Origin: an uncultured Chloroflexia bacterium
Lineage (GTDB): Bacteria > Chloroflexota > UBA6077 > JACCZL01
Reading direction: 5' to 3'
Length of the DNA: 64,000 bases
Assembly: GCA_963765765.1 (NCBI GenBank)
Contig: CAVXYC010000010.1
Coordinates: forward strand, 234,076-298,075
Shown here: one piece after another, positions 31,676 to 41,476 of the stretch
Layout of the letters: each line of letters starts with the position of its first letter
How positions within the stretch are numbered: the first letter of the stretch is position 1
The notes under the pieces: model-generated
Told to the model about the DNA's origin: nothing
Seen by the model: the letters and a program-made list of their open reading frames with translations, nothing else
Databases searched by the model: none
Position numbers and translations under genes: made by a program

Positions 31676-32718
31676 AAGCGCGCATGATCCTGGGCGTGTT
31701 GTCCAGCTTAGCGTTCGTCGCGTTGCTCCTTCGCGGCGTTAACTTAGACGATCTCCTTCAGCACATCCTTTCGCTCAACGTGCTGTTCCTGATTCCAGCG
31801 ATGGCGGTGTACTTTCTGGGAGTCTGGCTCCGATCCATCCGCTGGCGCCGCCTTCTGGAGCCGGTGGCGGACGTTCCGACATCGCGCCTCTTCGCGGTTG
31901 AGCTCATTGGATTCGGCGTCAACAACGTCATGCCCGTTCGGTTGGGCGAGCTGGTGCGGGCATGGCTGCTCATGCGCTCGCACGGTGTTCGAGCGGCCGC
32001 CACGATAGGCTCGATCGTCGTTGAGCGAATTCTGGACGGCTTGTTCCTATGCATAATTCTCGTCGTTGGTCTGCTAAGTCTGCCGCTTGATGAATGGATG
32101 CGGCAGGGAGTCATCGTTGCGGCCACGGTGTTCGGGCTCGGCACGCTCGGAATTGTTTTGGCCGCTATTGCGCCGCGACACATGGTGCGATTGTTGGAGC
32201 TTCTATTGCGTCCCGCCACTGAGCGTCTTCGCGCGCTGCTTCTGGGGCACGCGTCCGCCTTTCTCGATGGCTTCGCCGCGCTGGGACGAGGACCATCGTT
32301 GCTGGTGATACTGTTACTCACCGTCTCCGGCTGGGTGGCGGAGGCTTCCGTATATTGGCTGCTATTTATGGGATTCTCAATCCCGGCGGGGCTGGGAGGC
32401 GCCATGCTTGGCATGTCGGCGGCTAACCTCGCTACTATCATCCCGTCATCTCCGGGGTATGTTGGTACGTTTCACTTACCGCTGCAGTCGGTGTTGACCG
32501 CGGGGTATGGCGTGCATCCGTCTGAGGCGGCGGCATATGCGATCGTCGCGCACGCAGTGCTTGTTCTCCCGATTGCAGCGCTTGGAATCATTCTCCTTGC
32601 GCGGGAAGGATTGAGCCTTTCCGCGGTTCAGCAGCGTGCGGGCAGGCTACGCCAGGAGCTCCGGGGCGTTCCCGTAGATGGCTCGCGTCCGGAGCAAGTG
32701 TCAGGTAACGTTCGTTGA
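31672..32718 (+). CDS. UPF0104 flippase-like membrane protein
   Basis: NNVMPVRLGELVR, ERILD, PSSPGYVGTF. Confidence 0.85.
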   Translation: MKARMILGVLSSLAFVALLLRGVNLDDLLQHILSLNVLFLIPAMAVYFLGVWLRSIRWRRLLEPVADVPTSRLFAVELIGFGVNNVMPVRLGELVRAWLLMRSHGVRAAATIGSIVVERILDGLFLCIILVVGLLSLPLDEWMRQGVIVAATVFGLGTLGIVLAAIAPRHMVRLLELLLRPATERLRALLLGHASAFLDGFAALGRGPSLLVILLLTVSGWVAEASVYWLLFMGFSIPAGLGGAMLGMSAANLATIIPSSPGYVGTFHLPLQSVLTAGYGVHPSEAAAYAIVAHAVLVLPIAALGIILLAREGLSLSAVQQRAGRLRQELRGVPVDGSRPEQVSGNVR

Positions 32719-32778
32719 GTGTGAATTGCATTGCGTCTCTCGCGGGGCGGATACGGATCGTAAGAGGGAAGGTGTAAG

Positions 32779-34152
32779 TTGTCGACTATCTGCGTAATCG
32801 GCACCGGATATGTAGGGCTGGTCACTGGCGCTTGCTTGGCTGACCTCGGTAACGACGTCACGTGCGTTGATATCGACGAGGCAAAGGTTGCGCGGCTCAA
32901 TGCCGGACACATTCCCATTTACGAGCCAGGACTCGAGGAAGTTGTCGGGCGCAATGTGCGCGCGGGCCGACTCCATTTCACGTCCTCGTACGCGAGTGCC
33001 GTCCCACCAGCTCAGTTCATCTACATCGCTGTGAATACGCCGGCTGGCCAGGCGGGCGAAGCCGACATGTCGCAGGCTCGCTCAGCCACACAGAGCATCG
33101 CGAAGCACCTGAGCCCGGACGCGATGATTATCAACAAGAGCACGATGCCCATTGGCACGGGCGATTGGGTCACGATGATGGTGGGACGCTACGTGGAGGG
33201 GCGCGTGCCTTTCCACGTCGTTTCCAACCCAGAGTTTCTCCGTGAAGGCTCGGCCATCGTCGACTTCATGAATCCCGATCGCGTCGTTCTGGGGTCAACC
33301 GATCCTGAAGCCGCAAAAATCGTGGCTGAGCTGTACGTACCACTCAACGCTCCGATCATGATCACCGACCTGCGAACCGCCGAAATGATCAAGTACGCCT
33401 CCAATGCCTTCCTGGCCACAAAGATCAGCTTCATCAACGAGATGGCGGCGATCTGTGAGCGGCTTGGCGCCGACGTGAAGGAAGTTGCTCGAGGCATGGG
33501 CCTGGACAAGCGCGTCGGTCCCGCGTTTCTCGAAGCGGGCGTTGGTTATGGCGGATCGTGTTTCCCCAAGGACATCATGGCGCTTGCCCACATGGCCGCG
33601 GTGCACGGTTGTCATCCGCAGCTTCTCCGAGCGGTGATGGACATCAACCACGACGCACGCCGTAGCGTGCTTATCAAGATCCGCGAGGGGCTCGGCTCCC
33701 TCGAAGACCGCCGTATCGGCGTACTCGGTCTGGCGTTCAAGCCCAACACCGACGACCTTCGTGAGGCGCCGGCGCTCGAGATCATTCACCTCCTGGTGCA
33801 GGAGGGCGCGCACGTGCAGGCATTCGATCCAGCGGCGATGGAGAAGGCTCAAGGCATGCTGCCGTCGGTCCACATGTGCAGCGATGCCTACGAGGTTGCA
33901 GCGGGGGCCCATGCCCTCATACTCATGACCGATTGGAACGAGTTCAAATCGCTCAATATGCGTCGATTGAAGGACTCCATGCTCTATCCACTGCTCATCG
34001 ACGGTCGCAACATCTACGACCCGCAGGAGATGGCAGCGCTCGGGTTTCACTACCGAGGCATGGGCCGTGGCTACGATACCGCGCAATCGTCAAACGGGAA
34101 CGGAGCCGCGAGTGCGGATGTCGTGGAGGCGTCCCGGTCTATTAAAGTCTAA
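32779..34152 (+). CDS. ugd: UDP-glucose 6-dehydrogenase
   Basis: [37 protein letters not shown]. Confidence 0.93.
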   Translation: MSTICVIGTGYVGLVTGACLADLGNDVTCVDIDEAKVARLNAGHIPIYEPGLEEVVGRNVRAGRLHFTSSYASAVPPAQFIYIAVNTPAGQAGEADMSQARSATQSIAKHLSPDAMIINKSTMPIGTGDWVTMMVGRYVEGRVPFHVVSNPEFLREGSAIVDFMNPDRVVLGSTDPEAAKIVAELYVPLNAPIMITDLRTAEMIKYASNAFLATKISFINEMAAICERLGADVKEVARGMGLDKRVGPAFLEAGVGYGGSCFPKDIMALAHMAAVHGCHPQLLRAVMDINHDARRSVLIKIREGLGSLEDRRIGVLGLAFKPNTDDLREAPALEIIHLLVQEGAHVQAFDPAAMEKAQGMLPSVHMCSDAYEVAAGAHALILMTDWNEFKSLNMRRLKDSMLYPLLIDGRNIYDPQEMAALGFHYRGMGRGYDTAQSSNGNGAASADVVEASRSIKV

Positions 34153-34423
34153 TTTTGCCCGGTACGATACGGGTGTCTAGCACTTTCCTCATCGGATCTC
34201 AGCGTGAGGTTCTACGGAGAGACTGATAGGGCGTTCGGCGTTCGAGATGGCCGTTTCCGGCCCAGAATGGCGAAACTCGATGCTCCCTTGGTGCTCATGG
34301 CGTCCGAACCTGATCCTGGTTTTCGCTCAGGCGCCACACTTGCCTCAGTCACCTGGCCGATGTATTTCGGCATACGCGGCGCTAAGCTAAGAGTGCGGAC
34401 TCCCACGTTGAGGCACCGAGGCC

Positions 34424-34900
34424 ATGAGCCAATTGACCACGGAAGAGAAACTTGGGCTCGTCGTGCGGGCGCAGGTGGCCCAAATTCGCGCGGCAGAAGC
34501 GACGCAACGAGCCAGCGTACTCCAACGACGCATGAATGCACTGCTGCGCACGCTCGAGCGATTCCACCGACTCCATGACCGAGAGGCTGATCTGCGCGAT
34601 GTGATGGACCGTGACGCGGTTCAGCGTCTGTGTCGCAGCCGCGACCCTGAAGCGACATCGCCTGAGATAGCTCGATTGGCGGGCGAGGCGCTCGAGCAGG
34701 CCACCAAAGCCAGAGAGGCCGCCAGAGAAGCACTTGTCGTGATTAAAGCAAACTTGAGTCCTGGATCAGGCGAAACGGTCGTGGACTGGGTAGGCGTATC
34801 GCGTGAGACGATTGAGCAGAGGCTGATCCGGGCGCTCGCGGAAGAGCCTTCTGAGACTAATTCAGGGGGCGGCGTTGCATTCGCCGCAGCGTCGCGCTAA
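34424..34900 (+). CDS. Hypothetical alpha-helical/coiled-coil protein
   Basis: 158 aa, GAGG RBS, Ala/Glu/Arg-rich. Confidence 0.65.
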   Translation: MSQLTTEEKLGLVVRAQVAQIRAAEATQRASVLQRRMNALLRTLERFHRLHDREADLRDVMDRDAVQRLCRSRDPEATSPEIARLAGEALEQATKAREAAREALVVIKANLSPGSGETVVDWVGVSRETIEQRLIRALAEEPSETNSGGGVAFAAASR

Positions 34901-35057
34901 TTCAGCTTGACGTTGACGGATCCCGGCGACACTTGCCGTCCCAATTAACAGCCGACCCGGCCATGATGCAATGACGAGAACTTGATCTTCGCGGGTTCGC
35001 ACGATCGAGTGCGAAACGGGCCTCTTGCGCTTGAGTTTCCTGCGTGGACCACGTGAC

Positions 35058-35272
35058 TCAATTCTCGCGCAGAAGGTCCGCCAGCTCGCGGGGTGTGAGC
35101 CCGCAGACGTGCGCGATCTGTAAGGGCTTCCTTACCGAAAGCTCCTGGAGATCATCTGACTCCAACGCCTCAGGGAGAACGTCCTCGACCTTGTCGGCTT
35201 CCCCGGAGTCAAGTCCGTCTCGGAAGAACCGCCCAGGCCGTTGGAGTCCGAATCTAGCGAATCCTTATACAT
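35058..35272 (-). CDS. Small hypothetical protein with apparent single-base frameshift
   Basis: ATG after GGGAG; MYKDSLDSD... joins ...EALESDDLQELSVRKPLQIAHVCGLTPRELADLLREN* in another frame. Confidence 0.35.
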
Positions 35273-35451
35273 GTACTCCCATAGTGCCGAATCCGCCGGA
35301 ATGGATAGCTGTCTTGATCACAATACATAATGTGGCTCAGCTACCTGAATGGGCCAGACAAACGCCGCGAGAACTCCTTGGCAAGGCTCCGAAGCTCTAC
35401 CTGTTCCCACCGGGTATACTCGCCTCAAGATTGCCCCGGTAGGTCCCTCCT

Positions 35452-38126
35452 TTGCATCAGCACGTCGCTGACCAGCTCAGTTTTGGCGGCTCTGAGTTCG
35501 TTCCGATGTCGCCCCTTCGGCGGCAGTATCTCGACATAAAACAGCGTTACCCCGACGCGCTCTTGCTGTTTCGGCTGGGCGATTTCTACGAGACGTTCGA
35601 TGAGGATGCGAAGACCGCGTCCAGCGTGCTGGAGATCGTACTCACGCAGCGAGACATGGGGCAGGGCGCTCGTGTGCCAATGGCGGGCATTCCATTCCAC
35701 GCCGCGGACACATACATCGGTCGGTTGCTTGATGCAGGTCAGCGGGTGGCGATGTGCGAGCAGATTGGCGAGTCGGCGGTGCGCGGCCTCATGGAGCGGC
35801 AGGTCGTACGTGTCCTGTCGCCCGGGACGATCGTCGAAGAGCACCTCCTGCACTCGCCGGCCAATAATTTCCTCGTCGCGCTGGTGTTCGGGGAAAACTC
35901 AGTCGGCCTCGCGGCAGCGGAAGTGAGCACGGGCGTTCTGACATGCACCATGGCTCAGGGAGTGGGTTGGCAAGAGCTCATCCAGGCTGAGCTCGCTCGA
36001 CTGGCCCCGGCCGAGTGTGTCACCGTGGACGATAGCGTCTCCCAGGCCAGAGACCTTGTGCCCGAAGGTTGCCGTGTAACGGCTCGACCGACATCTGACC
36101 TCTCGGATCGGAACGTCCTGGCACGTCTAAGAGATCATTTCAGCGTCCCATCGCTGCAGCCTCTCGGGCTGGACCAGGAGCCGATCGCGGCCCGCGCGGT
36201 TGCGCTGGCGGTCGGATATGTGGCCGATACCGTACCTGGCGCCCTGGCAACACTCGATCGACTCCAGAGCTACTCACTGAGTCGCTACATGATGCTCGAT
36301 AGCGGAACGCGTCGGAATCTGGAGCTTACGGCCAGTCTGCGTTCCGGCGGCAAAGAGGGTTCCGTGCTGGGTGTACTCGATCAGACCTGCACGGCCATGG
36401 GGGCTCGCTGCGTGCGTCGCTGGCTGACCCAGCCTCTGCTGGACACCGCCGAGATCTCGAACCGACATGACAAGGTCGAAGCTCTCGTTTCCGGATCGCT
36501 CGTCAGGGCACGCCTCCGAGAGGCGCTCGACGACATTCCCGATCTCGAGCGACTGAGCACTCGGCTCGCTCAAGCGACCTTGGGCCCGCGCGGCCTCTTG
36601 GCCCTGGCGGATGGATTGGTGCGGCTTCGCGACGTCGTCACAGAGACTCAAGAGGTTCCGCTGCTTTCCTCCGCGGCTGAGATGCTCACAGGATTCGATG
36701 AGCAAGTCGAGGAAGTTCGATCAACAATCGCCGACGATCCGCCCGCCGTCTTGAATCCGGGGACGATTCGGAGTGGCGTTTCACGTGAGCTGGATGAGCT
36801 GCGGGCTCTCGTCGGCGACACGCGCTCCTGGATAGCCACGCTGGAGGGACAGGAGCGCGAACGCAGCGGAGTAAAGAGCTTGAAAGTCGGGTATAACCGG
36901 GTGTTCGGTTATTACTTGGAAGTCAGCCAGGCAATACTAGCCCAGTCAACTGACTACTATCAACGTGAGCAAACTGGTGCCGAGAACGTCGGCGATCACC
37001 TCGCAAAGCTCGGCTACACGCGCAAGCAGACGCTGACCAATGCCGAACGATACGTCACCCGCGATCTCGAAGAGTACGAGAAGCGCGCCTCGACGGCGCA
37101 GGATGAAGTGGATCGACTGGAACGTCGACTCTTCGGCAGTCTGCTGGCTGACCTCGGAGAACATGCTCGGCGCATCGCAGACGCTGGCGCCGCGATCGGT
37201 GAGATCGATGCGCTAGCCTCGTTTGCCGACGTGGCCACACGTCAGCGCTTCACTCGCCCCGACCTCGTCGAGGATGCGACGCTTGAGCTGGAGGGGGCGC
37301 GACATCCGGTGGTGGAGGGGACGCTCGGATTCGGTGAGTTCACACCCAATGACATCACGCTGGACGATGAGCGTGGGCGCATCATGCTTGTGACCGGTCC
37401 CAACATGGCTGGCAAGAGCACCTTTCTTCGCCAGGTGGCCATTGCAACGATTCTGGCTCAGGTTGGCTCGTTCGTTCCGGCGACTTATGCGCGTATCGGA
37501 ATCACTGATCGCGTTTTCACCAGGATCGGTGCTCAAGACGATCTGGCGGGACGACAGAGCACGTTCATGGTAGAGATGGTGGAGACGGCTCAGATCTTGC
37601 GCGGCGCCACGTCTCGGAGCCTTGTCATCCTGGATGAGGTGGGACGTGGCACGAGCACGCACGATGGTCGGGCGGTAGCGCAGGCGGTGCTCGAGTACAT
37701 CCACGATGATCCGCGACTGCGCTGTAGGACGCTGTTTGCCACGCACTATCATGAGCTGGCTGATTTAGCTGAACAACTCGCCGGCCTTCAGCCCGTCCGA
37801 CTGGAAGTGCTAGAGCAAGGCGCCGAGGTCATCTTCCTTCATCGCGTGGTGCCCGGCGGGGCTGACCGCAGTTATGGCGTGTACGTTGCCCGACTCGCCG
37901 GCGTTCCCGCACCGGTGGCCAACCGTGCGCAGGAGATTCTGGACGAGCTGGAGTCCGGCTCAGCTCGACCGACCGCGGCGCCGGCCTCGCGAGGCCACCT
38001 CACCGAGAACCGGCAGTGCGACGCCTGAGGACGCTGGAGCCAATGCACCTGACGCCGCTGCAGGCGCTGGAGGAGCTCATCGTGCTCCAAACGATGGCGA
38101 ATGAGGACGCCGCGGAGAGACCGTGA
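35452..38126 (+). CDS. mutS: DNA mismatch repair protein MutS; apparent frameshift near 38005 separates the C-terminal tail
   Basis: GDFYETF, GPNMAGKST, STFMVEM, DEVGRGTS, FATHYHEL; the tail ...MHLTPLQALEEL is in the next frame. Confidence 0.95.
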
Positions 38127-39745
38127 CGATCTCCGGACTCTCGGGCGACATCCGCGTCCTGGCACCCTCGGTGGCCGCGCGCATCGCGGCCGGCGAAGTG
38201 GTGGAACGCCCCGCCTCGGCCGTCAAGGAGCTCATCGAGAACGCGCTCGACGCGCAGGCGCGACGCATTGAAATCGACGTGGATGGTGGCGGCATTGACC
38301 GCCTGGTCGTCGCCGATGATGGTGTTGGCATCTCATCTGACCAGCTCACGACCGCATTTCAGCGTTACGCTACCAGCAAGCTGCGAGACGATGAAGAGCT
38401 TGCGAGCATAGGCACACTCGGTTTCCGGGGCGAGGCGCTCCCGAGCATCGCCGCCGTCTCGCACACGACGTGCATCACACGCACGGCAGCGGAGGCCGCT
38501 GCAACGCGTCTAACCGTGAGCTACGGACAGCCCGGCGAGATCTCCAGAATGGCGCGAGGCGTGGGCACCACCATCATCGTTGAAGATCTCTTCCAGCAGA
38601 CGCCGGCGCGACGCAAGTTCCTTCGCGGACGAACCGCGGAGGCCGGGGCTATCAGCCAGGTCGTCCAGCAGCTCGCGCTCACGAGGGCCGACGTTTCCTT
38701 TACGCTTCGAATAGATGGTCGAGTTACCTTCGAAAGCTCCGGAGACGGCGATCTGAGTCGCGTGTCGGCGACCGTGCTGGGTGTCTCGAATATTGCGCTG
38801 CTCCTGGCTGTCGTCGGCGACGATGGGCCGTCGCGAGCGTCCGTGTCCGGCCTGCTCGGTCACGCGATGCTCCATCGACCAACGCGCGGTGGGATCACCT
38901 TCATCGTGAACGGTCGGTGGGTTCAGAGTCGGCCGCTCAACTTTGCCGTCGAAGAGGCGTGCCGTACCTGGACGCCGACTGGACGATTCCCCATCGCCGT
39001 ATTGAAACTCGATCTGCCGGCCGCGGAAGTGGATGTGAACGTGCATCCGCGGAAGACGGAAGTGCGTTTTCAGCGTGAACGAGCCGTGTTTGCGCTGATC
39101 CAACGTGCCGTCTATGAAGCCGTGCTGGCAGCCCAGAATGACGAAGCTGCTCACGGCATGCTGCACGATGAGCATGATGCTGAGCGGCCGCTCCGGGTAG
39201 TGGGCCAGGCTGCCCAGACGTACATCATCGCCGAGGGCGAGCACGGGCTCTACCTGGTGGATCAGCATGCCGCGCACGAGAGGGTGATGCTGGAACGGAT
39301 ACTGGAGAACGGCAGGCAGCGGGCACTGCAGTTTCTCATGGAGCCGGCAGTGGTCCCCTTCTCGGCCGGACCTGGCGGAACGCTCGACGAGACCGTATCG
39401 GAGCTCGGCTCGCTCGGATACGAATGTGAGCCATTCGGCAATGATGCGCTGCTGGTGCGTTCGATTCCGGCGGCGCTTGTCGAGCGACAGCCGCTGCGGG
39501 TGCTGGGCGATACGTTGGAGGAGCTCAGTCGTCGGCCACGCGCCACCGACTGGCGTCAGCTCATCGCTGTGCGACTAGCCTGCCACAGCGCCGTACGGGC
39601 CGGTGACGCGCTCGAGCCTACGGAGATGCAAGCGCTGGTTCAGCAGCTCGGCGAAGCGGAGATCTGTGGCGCCTGCGCCCACGGTCGGCCCACGGCGATC
39701 CTGATGAGCCACGAGGATCTCGAGCGACAGTTTGGTCGGCGGTGA
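38123..39745 (+). CDS. mutL: DNA mismatch repair endonuclease MutL
   Basis: IAAGEVVERP, GFRGEAL, DVNVHP, DQHAAHER, ACHSA, CAHGRP. Confidence 0.95.
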   Translation: MTISGLSGDIRVLAPSVAARIAAGEVVERPASAVKELIENALDAQARRIEIDVDGGGIDRLVVADDGVGISSDQLTTAFQRYATSKLRDDEELASIGTLGFRGEALPSIAAVSHTTCITRTAAEAAATRLTVSYGQPGEISRMARGVGTTIIVEDLFQQTPARRKFLRGRTAEAGAISQVVQQLALTRADVSFTLRIDGRVTFESSGDGDLSRVSATVLGVSNIALLLAVVGDDGPSRASVSGLLGHAMLHRPTRGGITFIVNGRWVQSRPLNFAVEEACRTWTPTGRFPIAVLKLDLPAAEVDVNVHPRKTEVRFQRERAVFALIQRAVYEAVLAAQNDEAAHGMLHDEHDAERPLRVVGQAAQTYIIAEGEHGLYLVDQHAAHERVMLERILENGRQRALQFLMEPAVVPFSAGPGGTLDETVSELGSLGYECEPFGNDALLVRSIPAALVERQPLRVLGDTLEELSRRPRATDWRQLIAVRLACHSAVRAGDALEPTEMQALVQQLGEAEICGACAHGRPTAILMSHEDLERQFGRR

Positions 39746-40377
39746 GTGTGGTGCCCGTGAGCGGCTCCAAGGGTCAGGGCAAGTCGCTAATGACCCAGAC
39801 CGACTATGATTTTGAGACTCTTCCGGATCTTCTCCGCCCCGGACTGCAGCTTGTCTTCGTTGGGATCAATCCAAGCGTTTACTCAGTTCAGCGTAGTCAC
39901 TACTTCGCGCGATCAACCAGTCGATTCTGGCCGGCATTTTCCCGATCGAAATTGAGTCAGCCTGTACGCATGGCCCTTGGCCGGGAAATGCTCGGATTCG
40001 AGGACGACGTGCGTCTGCTCGATTTCGGCATCGGCTTCACCGATGTGGTCAAGACTCCCAGCAGTAACGCTGCATCGCTTAAGCGCTCGGATTACGCTCT
40101 ATGGGCCCCGCGTCTCACGGAGCGGCTGGTGTGGTGTGACGCCTCAATGGTGTGCTTTCATGGCGTCACTGGCTACCGCGCATTTGCCCGATACGCACTC
40201 GACTCGCCCAAGGAGCCCACGCCACTGGGATTACAGGAGCGCATGCTCGGAAACGCGCGAATCTTCCTGGCGCCAAACCCCAGTCCAGCAAACGCGCACT
40301 TCCGCGTGGAAGACCAGACGCGTTTCTACGATGAGCTGAGCGACCTCCTCGAGACGGAACAGAGCCGCATCCCGTAA
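39742..40377 (+). CDS. mug: Mismatch-specific uracil/thymine DNA glycosylase (MUG/TDG family)
   Basis: LPDLLRPGL..VFVGINPS, RFW, PNPSPAN. Confidence 0.85.
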   Translation: MSVVPVSGSKGQGKSLMTQTDYDFETLPDLLRPGLQLVFVGINPSVYSVQRSHYFARSTSRFWPAFSRSKLSQPVRMALGREMLGFEDDVRLLDFGIGFTDVVKTPSSNAASLKRSDYALWAPRLTERLVWCDASMVCFHGVTGYRAFARYALDSPKEPTPLGLQERMLGNARIFLAPNPSPANAHFRVEDQTRFYDELSDLLETEQSRIP

Positions 40378-40456
40378 GGGTGCGGTTCCTCTCGCGATAT
40401 CAGCATCCGCGGAGCGTTCGCGAGAGGAACCGCACCCTTACGGGATGCGGCTCTGT
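40359..40456. repeat. Perfect 39-bp inverted repeat (REPIN-like), 20-nt spacer
   Basis: ACAGAGCCGCATCCCGTAAGGGTGCGGTTCCTCTCGCGA and its exact reverse complement; contains the mug stop codon. Confidence 0.85.
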
Positions 40457-40474
40457 CGTAGCTGCGCTGACAGC

Positions 40475-40509
40475 AAAACGGGCGGCTCACTCAGGTGAGC
40501 CGCCCGTTT
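40475..40509 (-). terminator. Terminator downstream of tmRNA
   Basis: AAACGGGCGGCTCAC-TCAG-GTGAGCCGCCCGTTT. Confidence 0.75.
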
Positions 40510-40512
40510 CAT

Positions 40513-40869
40513 TGGTGGAGACGGAGGGGAGTCGAACCCCTCGTCCAGAGCAATTCTGTCGGAGATATGCTACAAGCGTAGTCGGCGGATTACTCCTCGC
40601 GCCCCAAGCCTCCGTCGACCGGGCTTCGGGTCGCCAGATCACTAGTCTTAACTACCTCTTAGCGATCAGTCTGAGATAGAGCACCCTGACTTAGGTGACA
40701 CCCGATTCCAGCCCGCCAAGGTGAGGCTGAGAGGGCGCTCACAGGTCTTACGCTGCGAGAGCTTGAGGTCGTTCGCCATTTAAATGGCTTGCCACGGGAT
40801 TATCGAGGTACGTAGCCTCCTCGGCCTGCAATCTCCTAACGTCCTCCCCTGTCGAAAACCCAGCGCCCC
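40513..40869 (-). ncRNA. ssrA: tmRNA; tag peptide (A)GERPQALAA*
   Basis: 5' GGGGCG...TTCGAC; 3' T-arm GGTTCGACTCC and ...CGTCTCCACCA; internal reading frame ending ALAA-TAA; directly downstream of smpB. Confidence 0.93.
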
Positions 40870-40874
40870 AAAAA

Positions 40875-41337
40875 TTAGACCGCTGCGCGTGCTTGTTTGA
40901 TGGCTCGATCCATCTCGCGTTTGGCGTCTCGCTCAGCAATGGCCTCACGTTTGTCGTATTGCCGTTTACCGCGCGCTACACCAATCTCGAGCTTAATCTT
41001 ACCCTTTCGATCATATAAACGCAGTGGAACGATAGTTATTCCCGGTTCGTGCGATTTTCCAATGAGATGCGCAAGCTGCTGCTTGTGTACCAGGAGCTTG
41101 CGAGGCCGGAGCGGCTCGTGGTTGTAGATGTTGCCGTGGGAGTAGTGAGAGATATGCGAATTCTGAAGCCAGAAGCTCGCCGTCTTCCGAACGAATGTAT
41201 GCTTCGCGCACATTCGCATGGCCATCTCGAATCGACTTCGTCTCGGTACCGGTTAGGACGAGCCCAGCCTCGAGCGATTCGAGAATATGGTAGTCGTGAA
41301 AGGCACGACGATTGTGAACGAAATCCCGATCCGGCAT
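40875..41337 (-). CDS. smpB: SsrA-binding protein; apparent frameshift near 41172
   Basis: NRRAFHDY, EAGLVLTGTETKSIR, NHEPLRPRKLL, GKRQYDKRE. Confidence 0.95.
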
Positions 41338-41370
41338 ACAAAACTATACCACCGCGACACGGTCGCCCTT

Positions 41371-41466
41371 GGACTGCGGCGGTCTTCGCCGCTTTCTCGC
41401 GAGGCTGGAAGCCGTCCTTGTTGTCGCGCCGCTCAGTGGGAAAGCGGGCGAAGACCGCCGCAGTCC
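41371..41466. repeat. REP-like inverted doublet (GGACTGCGGCGG...GCTTT family)
   Basis: GGACTGCGGCGGTCTTCGCC..GCTTTC / GAAAGC..GGCGAAGACCGCCGCAGTCC. Confidence 0.75.
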
Positions 41467-41476
41467 GAAGGGCTGC

